In this document: positions 29,403 through 41,692 of the stretch, one piece after another
How the letters are laid out: each line of letters begins with the position of its first letter
How positions within the stretch are numbered: position 1 is the stretch's first letter
Source: a virus
DNA length: 64,000 bases
Virus record (IMG/VR): IMGVR_UViG_3300047481_001036
Direction: 5' to 3' (one strand)
The notes under the pieces: generated by a model
Told to the model about the DNA's origin: nothing
The model's input: the letters and a program-made list of their open reading frames with translations, nothing else
The model's database searches: none
Position numbers and translations under genes: made by a program

Positions 29403-29522
29403 TCTGGTATAATGGTATTGTTGATGCCGCAAGGTAGAGATCGCGGGTATTCTCACAATCAACTTCCGTAGACTTTTAGCACGGTTTTGTGTAAGACTGA
29501 AAATCTTGCTTTATTTTATAAT

Positions 29523-30122
29523 ATGCTAACTGTAATTAAAAAACCCTATAATAGTATATTGATACAATCAGATTCTCAAAAAGAACTTGTTTATTCTTTA
29601 ATGAGATTTCAAGAGTATTATGAAAACCCTAAATTTAGACATCAAATTTTTACTATAGGAGTTTTAAAACAGTGGTATAGCCAACAATATGGAGCAGATA
29701 CTTATGCTAAAGATTGGGTAGGATTTAATTTTCCTAGTTATGTGTTAGATCCATTTAGGCAAGGACTATTTGATCCTCTTACCAAATATGAACAAGCAGT
29801 TATCGATCTGTTTAGATATAGAACCAACAATTTCTATATTATAGGTTCAAATAGTGACGAAGTAACGAAACACGAATTACACCATGCTTTATACTATTAT
29901 AGCACAGAGTATAAGACACATATTGACAAAATCTTTCAAAAATCAAAAAATTTGTCCGTTAAACAAGCAATAAGTAAACTGCTAAATAAAGGTTATCATA
30001 AAGAAGTAGTATATGATGAACTACAAGCATATATACTAGATGATGATCAAAATTTTATATCATCTATTATAGATTCTGGTATAAAAAGCAAGGTAACACG
30101 CCTCTATAATAAATACAAATGA
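29523..30122 (+). CDS. Hypothetical protein with HExxH motif
   Basis: RFQEYYE..HELHHALY..DELQAY. Confidence 0.6.
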   Translation: MLTVIKKPYNSILIQSDSQKELVYSLMRFQEYYENPKFRHQIFTIGVLKQWYSQQYGADTYAKDWVGFNFPSYVLDPFRQGLFDPLTKYEQAVIDLFRYRTNNFYIIGSNSDEVTKHELHHALYYYSTEYKTHIDKIFQKSKNLSVKQAISKLLNKGYHKEVVYDELQAYILDDDQNFISSIIDSGIKSKVTRLYNKYK

Positions 30123-32314
30123 GTGATGATACATACAAAATATTCGATTTCGGCAATAAGTCCACATTTATTGCATCATATAATCATAAAGATATCTGGA
30201 ATATAACGATTACTAATAAAAATAAAACCACAGAATTTAATCTTAATCACAAAGAAGCCGAACAATTATATTTTCTGTTGTTAGATACAATAGGAACACC
30301 ATCAGAAAGAGAAATAATTTAATTATGGATTGTCCCAATTGCGTAACTCCGTGGAAATGCAACGGGCCTCATATAGTTCAAACTTCAAGTGGGTATTATT
30401 CTAGTACTGATGGTATTTTTATTAAAGAATCTAATGAATGGAAATTTATTCCTAATGAAAAAAGTTTTTGTGGACATCATCTACTAGATATTGTTGATAT
30501 ATTAAATGTACTAAATAAAAGAGAATCAAAATATAAAAGTCAAAAGAAAAGATTAGAAGCGTTACAAAAACTAAGTGATTTAGATCAAGAACTAGGATTA
30601 ATGTAATGAAAACTGGATCAGTAGTTGTATTTGAACCAAAAAATTTTAATCCAGAATTTTGGAAACAATTTCCAGAAAAAGATAAGATTAAATATTATGG
30701 GTCTTTGGGTTACGGTTCAGACAGGAAAAAGTTTTTTGTATTTTTAACAGAAATTCATGCTGCTCCCGGTCATTGTTTGTTGGTTGATCTTGATGATGGT
30801 CATATAGAAACTATGAGACACATGGCAGATTTTAGAGAAGTATTACAGGACGAGTTTTGATTATGAGAAAAAGAAAAACCACTAGTGCTGCTAAAAAACC
30901 GCGATTCAACTGTGATGTTGATGGCGGCATCATGGTTACTTGTGCATTACGATACTCTCTTGGGAGGATGACTTATGTACCAGCAGCAGTTCAAGATTGG
31001 ATAAAAACTTATTGGGATGACCTTGATAGTCATACTAAGTTTAATGTAGTGAGAGATGTATTTCAACACCTACATGAAAATTATCGCATCAGAAATGACG
31101 CACAGTTTGTAGATGTTGTTAGCGATTATGATGCTAAAGAATGGGAAAAGTTTGGTATTGACAGATATTGGGCCTTAAGTTATGATGAGCGAAAGAGCAT
31201 TGATATGTACTTGGGAAGCCAAAGAAATAATGCTAAGTGGCTAACAATTTGGATGCCCAAACTTTACGAGAATCGCCATGAACTTTGAACAAGCAAGAGA
31301 ACTATCCTTTCTGGTCAAGTGGAAAGCCATCGAATGTTTTAGTGGGCCAGAATGTTGGTGCAGAATCATAGTTCCTGTTGAGCCAATATATTATAGTCAT
31401 CCAGAAAATCCAGATAACAAACATGAATATTCTATTGTTGACGCTGGGGCATTAGATCAACAGACCGCCGAATATATTGTGCGAATTCATAACGAAAACT
31501 ATGATAGAGTTCAGCAAAGTCTTAAACAAGAGTGGGATGGACTAAATACTGGGCCTAGAAGTATTAGCACTATAGAAATGAACGAAATGGTTGAAACTTT
31601 TGAAAAATTGTGGGAAAATAAACAGAGTAAAATTGGTAAAATAATAAGAAAAGAGATAGATTAAAATGAGTTGGAATCATCGTGTAATTCGTAGAACTTA
31701 TTCTGATACTCATATGTATGAGATTCACGAGGTTTACTATGATAAAAAAGGAAAGATTAATGGTCTGACTGAAGAACCTATAAGAATTAGTGAAGAAACT
31801 GTGGGCGATCTAAGAAAAACGGTCGAGCGATTGACAAAGTGTTTGGAGAGTCCTATAATTGACTACGACACGTTACAGGAAATCAAGGAATAAGTAATGG
31901 ATATTGGTTGGCAATATAGAATTGTTCAGAAAGATACTAAATGGGGTTTTCATCATGTATTTATTGATGAGAATGGAGACATCTCTAATATTAGTGATAT
32001 GCCAGCTATTTGGTCAGATTCTATAGAAGGTTTACTCAAAGAACAAAATTTAATGCAAAAGGCGTGGGATTATCCTACAATAGATTATAATACTGGAGAA
32101 GAACTTAAATCCAATGATTGACGAAAAATCAAAAGAGTTAATCCTTGAGGTTATGAAATTATGTAATGAAAAAATCCAAGACCAAAAAAAACATGAAAGT
32201 AGTGCTGGATATGGTGAGGATTATACTGATGGAAGAATAGTTGGTGGTGCTGCGTTGGCACGACGAATTTTGGATATACTAAAAGAGTTTCAATTCTAAG
32301 AAAGAGGATTATTT

Positions 32315-32473
32315 ATGAAGAGTAGTAGTTATTTTATTATGGCCGCATTTGCAAGTTTTGTTTTTAGTGTTACTCTATGGTTTCTAGGAGATACTGATCT
32401 TAATAAGCAGCAAGCTATCTTTGTTGGTCTATGGGTTCCATCAATTCTTTCCCTTGGTAATCTTCTCAAATGA
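32315..32473 (+). CDS. Small two-TM membrane protein
   Basis: SD GAGG; ..SVTLWF..AIFVGLWVPSILSLG. Confidence 0.6.
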   Translation: MKSSSYFIMAAFASFVFSVTLWFLGDTDLNKQQAIFVGLWVPSILSLGNLLK

Positions 32474-33027
32474 ATAACTTTGTTATTTTTACCGTAGGCT
32501 TGATAGTAACCCTCATAACAGCTATGGGGGTTCTTACAAGTACGGTTTTTGTTGCATATAAACAAGCAGAGCCTATAAAAACAAGTGGTGAATTAACACC
32601 CGCCCCTTAGTTGATCGCAAGGGGTAGCGTCCTGAGCCTCTGTTCATCTATTGTAGGGATTTCCCTCTCGATGTTCAATAATGGGGGCGCTTTCAATACA
32701 ACAAAGGAGAAAAATTATGGCAGAATCAGTATCAGTTTTAGCAAAAGAATTCGTAGATGGCTTGAAAGCAAAGATAGATCTAAATGATACTATAGAAGTT
32801 TTCGATTCACAAAAATATGATATATCAGATGATTCTTTCACTGGGGTTTATGGTTGGACTAATCTTGATACTGATACTCCTGTTGGACATTCTATAGAGT
32901 GGAAAAAAGACACTCATTCTGTTACAGATGTTATGGAGGAAATCAAGAATCAACTACAAAATGAATATAATGGAAAAATTAAACCTTTAAGAGATGGTGT
33001 TCATCTTGTGTTAACAAGGATAAAAGA

Positions 33028-34392
33028 GTGATAAGTGGAAAAACATTAATTGATTTAGGATATCAACCGTCTAAATGGTTTAGTTCTGTCATAGAGTATG
33101 CTAATACTAATGATCTTAATACAGAACAATTGCATAACCATATAAGTTCAATACTTCCTAAAGTTGTTGAACCATTGTCTAATCCTATAGATTTTCACAA
33201 AAATATTCTGGCCGACAATGAGCATGAGTTGAAAAATATAAAGTCTGTTTATGAGGCTATGAACTCTTTGCTCACAATACCCACAGCAGTAGATGCTGCG
33301 GTAATGCCAGATGCTTGTCCTACAGGTAAAGATGAAATTCCTGTGGGTGGGATAATAGCAACTAAAAATGCTATTCATCCTCGTATGCACAGTGCGGATA
33401 TATGCTGTTCAGTTATGGCTACTGATTTAGGACATACCGATCCTAGAAAAGTAATGGATGTTGCTTTTGAAACTACTCATTTTGGAATAGGCGGAAGAGA
33501 TAGAAACGATCAATTAATAAGACTTCCTCTTGATCTTAAAGAGAAAATACAAAGCAACTATTATCTGAATAGTGATAAAAGTTTAAAGTATGCTCATAGT
33601 CACCTTGGTACTCAGGGTGATGGTAATCATTTTCTGTTTGTTGGAATAAGCAAGAGTAATAATCATACTTACTTAGTTACTCATCATGGTAGCAGAGGAT
33701 TCGGGGCCAATCTTTACAATGAAGGAGTATACAAAGCTGAATCTTTCCGCAAAGAAATAGCCCCCAATGTTAGTAGTAAAAATGCGTGGATTCCTTTTGA
33801 TACTAAAGAGGGTCAGGATTATTGGGAGGCTCTTCAGATAGTACGAGAATGGACAAAAGTAAATCATGAATCTTTACATGACTCTATAAGAAATAAGGTT
33901 AAGGGTTCTGTATATTCAGAAAGATTCTGGAATGAACATAATTTTGTATTTAAGAAAGATGATGTATTCTATCATGCCAAGGGGGCTACTCCTATGGATG
34001 ATAGTTTTGTTCCAGACTCATACAATGGGCTTAGACTTATTCCTTTAAACATGAGCCAACCTATACTGGTAGTAAAAGGTTTAGAAAACAATAATGGTCT
34101 TGGATTTGCTCCTCATGGTGCTGGACGCAACTTTAGTAGATCAGAACATAAAAGAAATAGATTAGTTGACAAAACATCGGAAGAATTATTCTACGAGGAA
34201 ACAACTGGTCTTGACGTTAGATTTTTTTCTGGTAAGATAGACATAAGTGAGTTGCCTAGTGCTTACAAAAATGCCGAAAAAATCAAACAACAAATTAGTC
34301 ATTTTAATCTAGGAACAGTTGTAGATGAAATAGAACCCTATGGGTGTATCATGGCGGGACATATAGAAAAGCCGTGGAGAAAAAAGAAATGA
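33028..34392 (+). CDS. rtcB: RtcB family RNA ligase (2',3'-cyclic P/3'-P to 5'-OH)
   Basis: MPDA, DICC, GTQGDGNHF, HHGSRG, HN, HAKGAT, HGAGR motifs. Confidence 0.92.
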   Translation: MISGKTLIDLGYQPSKWFSSVIEYANTNDLNTEQLHNHISSILPKVVEPLSNPIDFHKNILADNEHELKNIKSVYEAMNSLLTIPTAVDAAVMPDACPTGKDEIPVGGIIATKNAIHPRMHSADICCSVMATDLGHTDPRKVMDVAFETTHFGIGGRDRNDQLIRLPLDLKEKIQSNYYLNSDKSLKYAHSHLGTQGDGNHFLFVGISKSNNHTYLVTHHGSRGFGANLYNEGVYKAESFRKEIAPNVSSKNAWIPFDTKEGQDYWEALQIVREWTKVNHESLHDSIRNKVKGSVYSERFWNEHNFVFKKDDVFYHAKGATPMDDSFVPDSYNGLRLIPLNMSQPILVVKGLENNNGLGFAPHGAGRNFSRSEHKRNRLVDKTSEELFYEETTGLDVRFFSGKIDISELPSAYKNAEKIKQQISHFNLGTVVDEIEPYGCIMAGHIEKPWRKKK

Positions 34393-34609
34393 ATCCTTTA
34401 TTGAAAATGCTTATTAGCGGAATACTTGCAACATCGGTTTCGATTATTCTTACGCTTATCTATTATTATGCTTGTTATATTCTTGTGATGTATTTTAAAT
34501 ATAATTACGGAAACGACAACTATTGGGTATTTGGTCATTGTTTTGTTTTGCTTATTATCTCTTGGATATTTAGCTTCGGATTCTTTGCTTCAACAATAGG
34601 AGATAATTT

Positions 34610-34906
34610 GTGAAAGGTCCGTTAATTTATTACGAAATTAAAGATATGTATGGTACAGACTTGTCTAGTACGAAATTATCATCAGAATTACGCAAGAGTG
34701 TGCTAGAAGAAATTGATCTGGGTTTTAATGTTGAGATTGATTTCAAAGGAGTTAGATCTATTAGTAATGGTTGGGCTAGAAACCTAATAGGCGTTATCGT
34801 AAAAGAAAAAGGTGAAAGTTTTGTCAAAAATCATATTTTACTTAGTAATATGAACAAAGGTGTTAGACAAACAATCTTAGAAGGAACATCGGAAATACTA
34901 ACATGA
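34610..34906 (+). CDS. STAS-like (DUF4325) protein
   Basis: L.S.....LR..VEIDFKGV..IS..WA...IG. Confidence 0.7.
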   Translation: MKGPLIYYEIKDMYGTDLSSTKLSSELRKSVLEEIDLGFNVEIDFKGVRSISNGWARNLIGVIVKEKGESFVKNHILLSNMNKGVRQTILEGTSEILT

Positions 34907-35125
34907 CATTTGAAGAATTTCAAACCAAAATAGACGATACGTTTATGGCTAATCAACCACCAAAAGTTCTTGCTACTAATCGGTGGAGATATGGTCAAAC
35001 AATAATGAATGTTTTACACGATGTTTGGCATCAAAAATATCTTGAAATTAGCGATTCAGATATGGATTGTTTTTATACTAATTGTAATGTTGCTATAGTT
35101 TTGAATAAACTAGAAAAAGAGTGGC

Positions 35126-36148
35126 ATGAGAAAGTTAGCTAGTATACAAAAGATCAAATATGTTAAACCTATACCGGATGCTGATAGTATAGAAACTGTC
35201 GGAATTTTAGGTTGGGAGTGCGTTAGCAATAAAGGAGAATTTCAACCAGATGATCTTTGTGTTTATTTTGAGATAGACTCCTTACTACCAGAGATTCCAG
35301 AGTTTGAGTTTCTACGCAAAAGTTGTTGGAATGATTCTCTCAAAAAGTTTAGACTCAAAACAATAAAACTACGCAAACAACTAAGTCAGGGTTTAGCATT
35401 ACCAATAAGTGTATTTCCTAAACTAGCAGAGTTGGCCGTTGGAGATGATGTTAGTGAACTATTAGGAATAGAAAAATATGAGCCACCAATTCCGGCAGCA
35501 ATAGTTGGTGATGCAAGAAGGTTCTTGTGGCCTATTAGTAAAACTGATGAGGTTAGGGTTCAGTTAGATGATGAATATAAGTTCATTGAGACTCTCACAG
35601 GGCGACCATACTACATTAGTTTAAAACTAGATGGTACGAGCAGCACCTTTTTAATCGACCCCTCAGACGAGACTTTTCACGTTTGTGGGCGAAATTTTAG
35701 CTACCAAAACAAAAAAGAGCATAGTTTTTGGCAAATAGCTGAAAGGTACAATATTGAGCAGGGATTAAGAGACTTGTGGAATGAGGGCAGAAAAATTGCT
35801 ATACAGGGAGAGGTTGTTGCTCCCGGTGTGCAAAAAAACCCACTAGGTTTACCAATAGCAGATTTGTATGTTTTTAATGTTGTAGATATTCCTACTAATA
35901 CTAAATTGTGTTTGGATGATAGTTTGAGTATTGTTGAGCGATTAGGTTTAAAATTTGTGCCGGTACTTGAAAAAGGTGAAAGTTTCGGGTATACTGTAGA
36001 CGATCTATTGGAACTGGCACAGGGCAAATATGTTCAACACTTCTTATCTGCTAAACCCTCTCAAGAAAGAGAAGGAATAGTAATAAGGGACATTTTTGGA
36101 ACAGTTAGTTTTAAGGCTATTAATAATCAATTTCTATTGAAGGAATAA
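35126..36148 (+). CDS. ATP-dependent RNA ligase, DRB0094 family
   Basis: RKLASIQ.I...PIP.AD.IE, YFEIDS, SQGL, KLDGTS, QGE, EGIV, FKAIN. Confidence 0.9.
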   Translation: MRKLASIQKIKYVKPIPDADSIETVGILGWECVSNKGEFQPDDLCVYFEIDSLLPEIPEFEFLRKSCWNDSLKKFRLKTIKLRKQLSQGLALPISVFPKLAELAVGDDVSELLGIEKYEPPIPAAIVGDARRFLWPISKTDEVRVQLDDEYKFIETLTGRPYYISLKLDGTSSTFLIDPSDETFHVCGRNFSYQNKKEHSFWQIAERYNIEQGLRDLWNEGRKIAIQGEVVAPGVQKNPLGLPIADLYVFNVVDIPTNTKLCLDDSLSIVERLGLKFVPVLEKGESFGYTVDDLLELAQGKYVQHFLSAKPSQEREGIVIRDIFGTVSFKAINNQFLLKE

Positions 36149-37541
36149 TATGAAGCAATATAAAGCTGGCCTTGGTCTTTTCCTTACGATCTTGATAGTC
36201 GCACTAATTTTTATAGTGATCGGCCCGTTCATTCAAATCTGGGCAGTTAATACTCTATTCAAAACAACCGTAGAATACTCTTGGTTGAATTGGGCTTGTG
36301 TTATTATTCTTAATAGTAGTATTAGTGCATTTTCTTATAAGGGAAAGTAATGAACTATTTTCCTATAGAAGATAATAATAGTAATTTTGGTTTGGTAGAG
36401 ATTAAAACTACTAATAATTGTAACCCAACCCCTCATTGCAAAATACACGGGGCTATGAATTGTGTTGCTGTTCATAAGAATGGTAAGTTATGGCGATGTA
36501 TACAAAGTAATCAATTAAAAGATTGCAGAGCAGGATGTGAGGAAAAATATGAATAGTTTCCTAAAAGGATTTTTTAGTCTATTCGATTGGACTAGTCCTA
36601 AAAGTCTGGATGAAAGTATTAATGATCTTGACAATCAGATGCAAGACTTGTATGATCGAATGGGTTGGGGAGAATATAAAAAACCTTCACCTATGAGCGG
36701 CTGGAACGATGCCTGCGATTTTAATAGGGTATTAGAAACAAATCAAGATTTAGTCAATGATATTTATGGATATAATTTTAGAAAAATAGTTACCAAAGAG
36801 TTTCATAAACCTATGATAAAAGATCCAGCAAGACCCAGGGTTCATAAATACTATGATAGATAATAATAAGATCACTATAACAACTTCACAACAATTTTTA
36901 GACCAGATGATGAAATTGGTTCCATCCGGCTGTTTCCAGCCTTATGCTTATTATAATCAGGATATAGATGCTATAGAATGTTATTTTAAAGATGAAAATT
37001 GTTACACTAAAACTTTAAATGATACGATAGAATTACATTTATCATTTGACAATGAACAGGTGGTTGGGGTAAATATTCTTGGTATTAAAAAATTGATGCA
37101 AGATAAGGTGGGTTTAAATGAATAATCTTATACAAAAATGGATAATCTATCATCCTAGAACACAAAGTTTTATTACTGGTAGTCCATTTAATTATACCAA
37201 AAATCCTGAATTGGCAAGGATTTATAATAATTACTCAGACGCCATAATGGCTTGTAATAATCACTACAATAAGGAAGAAAAAGAGTTTGGAGAAGGACAT
37301 CATCCGGTAGAATTACGCTTTCATTTTAATCCTAAAACCTTGAATAAAGTAAAAGAAGATGACTAAACTAACTAATAATGAAATAGATATTTTACAGGCA
37401 CTAATTCAAAAAAGACTTAATGAAATGGGCGACTCTCCAGAAGGAGCAGAAGTTTATTTTAAACCAGAGATTTTAGCAAAGATAAGAAACAAACTAGACA
37501 AGATGCTATTTCAGTGAAAGGAGAAAATAATAAGTGATATC

Positions 37542-38115
37542 ATGATATATTTCACATCTGATACTCACTTTGGTTAGCCTTCGGGCTAACTAAGGTCATA
37601 ATAATATAATCAAGCATTGTAATCGTCCATTTGATAATGTTCATATAATGGATCAAGTTATACTCGACAGAATAAATGAAACTGTGGGGGCTGATGATAC
37701 TCTGTATATACTGGGCGATTTTTGTTTCAGAGGCAAGAAACCTATAGAATATCGTTCACGAATAGTTTGTCAGAATATTTTCCTCATAAGAGGCAACCAC
37801 GATAAACTGTCTGATTATAATGATAATCTTCAAGGTTTTATTTCGATAGAAGAAGCCAAAGAAATAATATATTGTAATCAAAGAATATATCTACTTCACT
37901 ACCCTTGTCGTTCGTGGCCCGCCTCTCATAAGGGCAGTTATCATCTGTATGCTCATTGTCATGGCAAACTAGATCATGAAGATAAAGAGTCAAAACGAAA
38001 AACTCTGGACGTTGGTGTTGACAATACTGTAAATTACAATAAGCCGTTTGGAGAGCCGTGGAGTTTCAAGGAAATACAAAAACTGTTCAATAGTAAGGAT
38101 AAAAATGAACGATAA
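37542..38115 (+). CDS. Metallophosphoesterase, split by a 22-nt gap (37575-37596); predicted 183 aa if the gap is bypassed
   Basis: MIYFTSDTHFG then, in the +1 frame, HNNIIKHCNRPF..MD..LYILGDF..GNHD..HYP..HCH. Confidence 0.88.
37572..37596 (+). other. T4 gene 60-like translational bypass signal
   Basis: GGT take-off, TAG stop, GTTAGCC-TTCG-GGCTAAC hairpin, GGT landing. Confidence 0.8.
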
Positions 38116-38398
38116 AGAATTCCTTAACTGGATTATTACCAGACTAACTAATATGTTTGGAGATGATCCTAACGCTGATTTCATCCATAGGCTCCGTAAT
38201 ATCGCTAATAAATCAGAAGAACTATCATTAAGAATAAAGTTAGGCGATTTATTTGACGAAACTAAGGTCGATACTTGGCTACACAAACCCAATAAAGCAT
38301 TTGATAATAAGCGACCAATAGATTTAATTCATGAAGGAAATACCGACCCCATATATAAAATGATTTATATTTGGGAAAGCGGGGAGCCGTTGCTATGA
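38105..38398 (+). CDS. Xre/MbcA/ParS antitoxin C-terminal domain protein
   Basis: VDTWLHKPNKAFDNKRPIDLI. Confidence 0.7.
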   Translation: MNDKEFLNWIITRLTNMFGDDPNADFIHRLRNIANKSEELSLRIKLGDLFDETKVDTWLHKPNKAFDNKRPIDLIHEGNTDPIYKMIYIWESGEPLL

Positions 38399-40362
38399 AC
38401 CAAAACGACTTTAACAAATTGCTTTTAATCCGCAAACTGCTTAAAGAAGCATACGATCATGTTTTTCATAATGATCCTGACTGTGGGCATAAAAGCCAAG
38501 AGGGTCATATTAGCGTAGAGTTTGGCAATTATTGGGAAGATAAAAAATGTGAAATGAAAATTACATCAATCAGTATTTATAGTTATGTTTTTGGTCATAC
38601 TAGAACTCATTGTTATTACACTCTTGATGAGGCATTAGAGGTTGTAAAAGAGTGGCACAAAAACGAAATGAATACAGACTATGCTGAACAACGCAGACTA
38701 GAAAAAGAATATAATGAGAAACATTATCCTCAAGGTTATTTGATTAATCCAGATATTAAACTGAAGAAAGATTATTGGGGTGGCCCATCTATCGAATCTT
38801 GACAAATTGCTCACTAGTGCTAGAATAAGGTAACATTCGTCATCAACCACAAGGAAAAATTATGAATCTTTTCATTAAGGCTCTTCAAGATCATTATGCC
38901 GCTCAAATCAGCGAGGCAGTTGCTACTCTTAATGTTTATCTAAATGCTAGTGTTGGGGTTGGAGAACACCCAGATCTTCTTACAGAAATTAAAAAGTATG
39001 TAGATTTGCTTGATGATGCTGACGGTAAGTTGGAAACACTCAATAAGTATATGAAAGATACTTCTCCCGAAAAGACAGAATCACAAACTAAGGAGTAACT
39101 TATGAAAGACCGTTTTAATCTTGAAGAAGAAATTAGTATCATTCATACTTTTGCCGATCAGTTGGGTACTCTTAGCGAAGGTATTCTTGAACATGAACTA
39201 ACCAATGATGAAATTGTAAATGTAATTGAGGGTATGAGAGTGATGCTAAATCTTCATGCTCAAAAGTTACACGATACTATGGCTCAGTGTTTTCATTTGG
39301 ATAACTACAAAGACTCTCATTTTTCATCTATTAAAGATCTAGGCTAATGATAATTAGAGTCGATATTAAAACAGATTGTTCTGATTGTCTATACTATAAA
39401 GATAACAGAGAATGGTCTGTAATTCATAAATCTAAAACTAGATTAAGTGAATATGAAAGAGAAGAACTGTTAAAAACTATTAATTTTGATCCTGCTAAGG
39501 ATAGTGTCTATTTATATAGAATGATTCATCCAGACGGATCTGTTTCTCTTGTTTCTTCAATAAATAAAGCAATAGGTAAATTATCTTGTAGAAAGTGTGC
39601 TTAATATGCTTAAAGCATTGGCCGAGAATGTAAAAGTTGGAGATATTGTCTACAATCTTTTTATGCAAAAGTTGGTGGTTGGTTCTATAAGCCAAGGCGA
39701 TAACAATATAGTTTTTACCGTTGTTGATACCGGATTAAATCCTCATGCATACTCATATGAGGATATTTATCTTGAGGATTTTTATGGTGAGAGCGATGAA
39801 GAAAAAAATTGGATAAATTGGGCTAAAAATAATAAAGAATTTATTAATACATTTGATCACTTGTCAACAATAAAATGGATATATCAACAAGGTTTTGCTG
39901 ATGGTTTTGTTTATCGTAAAAAAATCTCTTTTGAAGAAATGATGCAAAAATAATGTTGTGGTCGCACATAAGGTCTTGGGCTAAAGAAAAAGGATATAAG
40001 TCTGATAGGACTAAATTAAGCAAAGATACTGATGAAGAAGAGACACATTATCTATATAAATGGTCTAAAATTAGCGATGAATCAATAAATGGTGAGGCTA
40101 GTAGTGTATCTAAACTAGCCAAAGCTATTTTTAATCATATAACTAATAATGCTCACATAGAGTATCAGATGGAATATCTTTCTAAATTAGAATCCGAAGA
40201 TATAAACTATGAAAAACCAATTTGAGTCCGAAAAGACACAAAAGCAATGTGTAACAATTAGTATAAGTAGCATCATTGCGTCTATAATTAATGGTATCAT
40301 CTCCTATATTGCTGCTTATTTTTTCCAGCCAGTTTGGACTAAATTAGTAAGGTGGTGGAAGA

Positions 40363-41037
40363 ATGAGATCTGATATTATCATTATTAGTGATATACATTT
40401 AGGTTCTCATATTTGCCAACACGACAAAATTCTACATTTTTTACAAAGTATTGAATTTCGTACTAATCATTTAATTATTAATGGAGATTTGTTTGATAAT
40501 TGGAATTTTACCAGACTAAGCCATAATCATTGGAAAATTTTAAAAACTATACGCAAAGCTTCTGAAAAAATACATACTACATGGATAGCAGGAAATCATG
40601 ATGGGCCAGCAGATATTATATCTCAGTTATTGAATATAGAATTTATAGAAGAATATAGATTTAATAATGGTGAAAAGGAATTTATAGTTTTACATGGAGA
40701 TATCTTTGACGAATACGTATCCAAATATCCTCGGTTGGCTAAATTAGCAGATTTCTTTTATCGGATTGTGCAAAAACTAGATCCATCCTTGTACTTAGCA
40801 AGAAAGTTAAAAAGAAGTAGCAAAACCTTTTTAAGAGCGATAGAAAAAGTAGAAAAACGAGCATTAGAATATTGTAAACATCGAAATGCTAATGTTATTT
40901 GCGTTGGTCATACTCATCATCCAACATCTGTTGATTTGGGATATATTGAATACTATAATAGTGGGTCGTGGACTGATACCGTGTGTACTTATTTAACTAT
41001 AACTAATGGAAAAGTTAATCTGGTGACATATGAATGA
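40363..41037 (+). CDS. LpxH/YbbF-like metallophosphoesterase
   Basis: SDIHLG, GDLFD.W, GNHD, HGD.FD, GHTH, NSGSW. Confidence 0.85.
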   Translation: MRSDIIIISDIHLGSHICQHDKILHFLQSIEFRTNHLIINGDLFDNWNFTRLSHNHWKILKTIRKASEKIHTTWIAGNHDGPADIISQLLNIEFIEEYRFNNGEKEFIVLHGDIFDEYVSKYPRLAKLADFFYRIVQKLDPSLYLARKLKRSSKTFLRAIEKVEKRALEYCKHRNANVICVGHTHHPTSVDLGYIEYYNSGSWTDTVCTYLTITNGKVNLVTYE

Positions 41038-41692
41038 AGAATTTGTCAAACTTATTTCAGTTACTCCTGACGCAGAAAAATTGATAGCTTATTGTGCCAG
41101 AGTTTCTAATCCAAAAAATCAAGATAACGAAAACTGTGCAAAATTATTAAAATATTGTATAGATCATAAACACTGGTCTATTTTTGAGCAAGCATTTCTA
41201 ACTTTAGAAGTTAATACTACCAGAGGACTAGCTGCTCAAATTTTAAGACATAGAAGTTTTACTTTCCAAGAATTTAGTCAAAGATATGCTGATACAACTT
41301 TATTAGCAGATAATATACCTTTATTTGAGTTAAGACGCCAAGATACAAAAAATAGACAAAATAGCACAGATGATCTATCGTCTGAAATCAAAGCTAAATG
41401 GAATACTAGAATCAGAGAACATTTTGCTAAAAGTAAAGCCCTATATGACGGTATGATACAAGATGGCGTGGCTAAAGAGTGTGCTAGATTTGTTCTACCA
41501 TTGGCTACTCCAACAAGACTTTATATTAGTGGAAGCTTAAGATCTTGGATACATTATATATCTTTACGAGAAAAAAATGGAACGCAAAAAGAACATCAAG
41601 AATTAGCAAAAGCTTGTAAATACATTTTTTGTAAACAATTTCCTATAATTTCAGAGGCTATCGGAGGATATGAACTAGAATGGAATGTATAA
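41030..41692 (+). CDS. thyX: Flavin-dependent thymidylate synthase
   Basis: HWSIFE, QILRHRSFTFQEFSQRY, KECARFVLP. Confidence 0.95.
   Translation: MNEEFVKLISVTPDAEKLIAYCARVSNPKNQDNENCAKLLKYCIDHKHWSIFEQAFLTLEVNTTRGLAAQILRHRSFTFQEFSQRYADTTLLADNIPLFELRRQDTKNRQNSTDDLSSEIKAKWNTRIREHFAKSKALYDGMIQDGVAKECARFVLPLATPTRLYISGSLRSWIHYISLREKNGTQKEHQELAKACKYIFCKQFPIISEAIGGYELEWNV

Noticed and set aside
32601-32692. Riboswitch-like paired segments (GCCCCT/AGGGGT, AGCGTCCT/GGGGCGCT)
   Set aside because: No recognisable aptamer consensus; too weak to call without an Rfam search.
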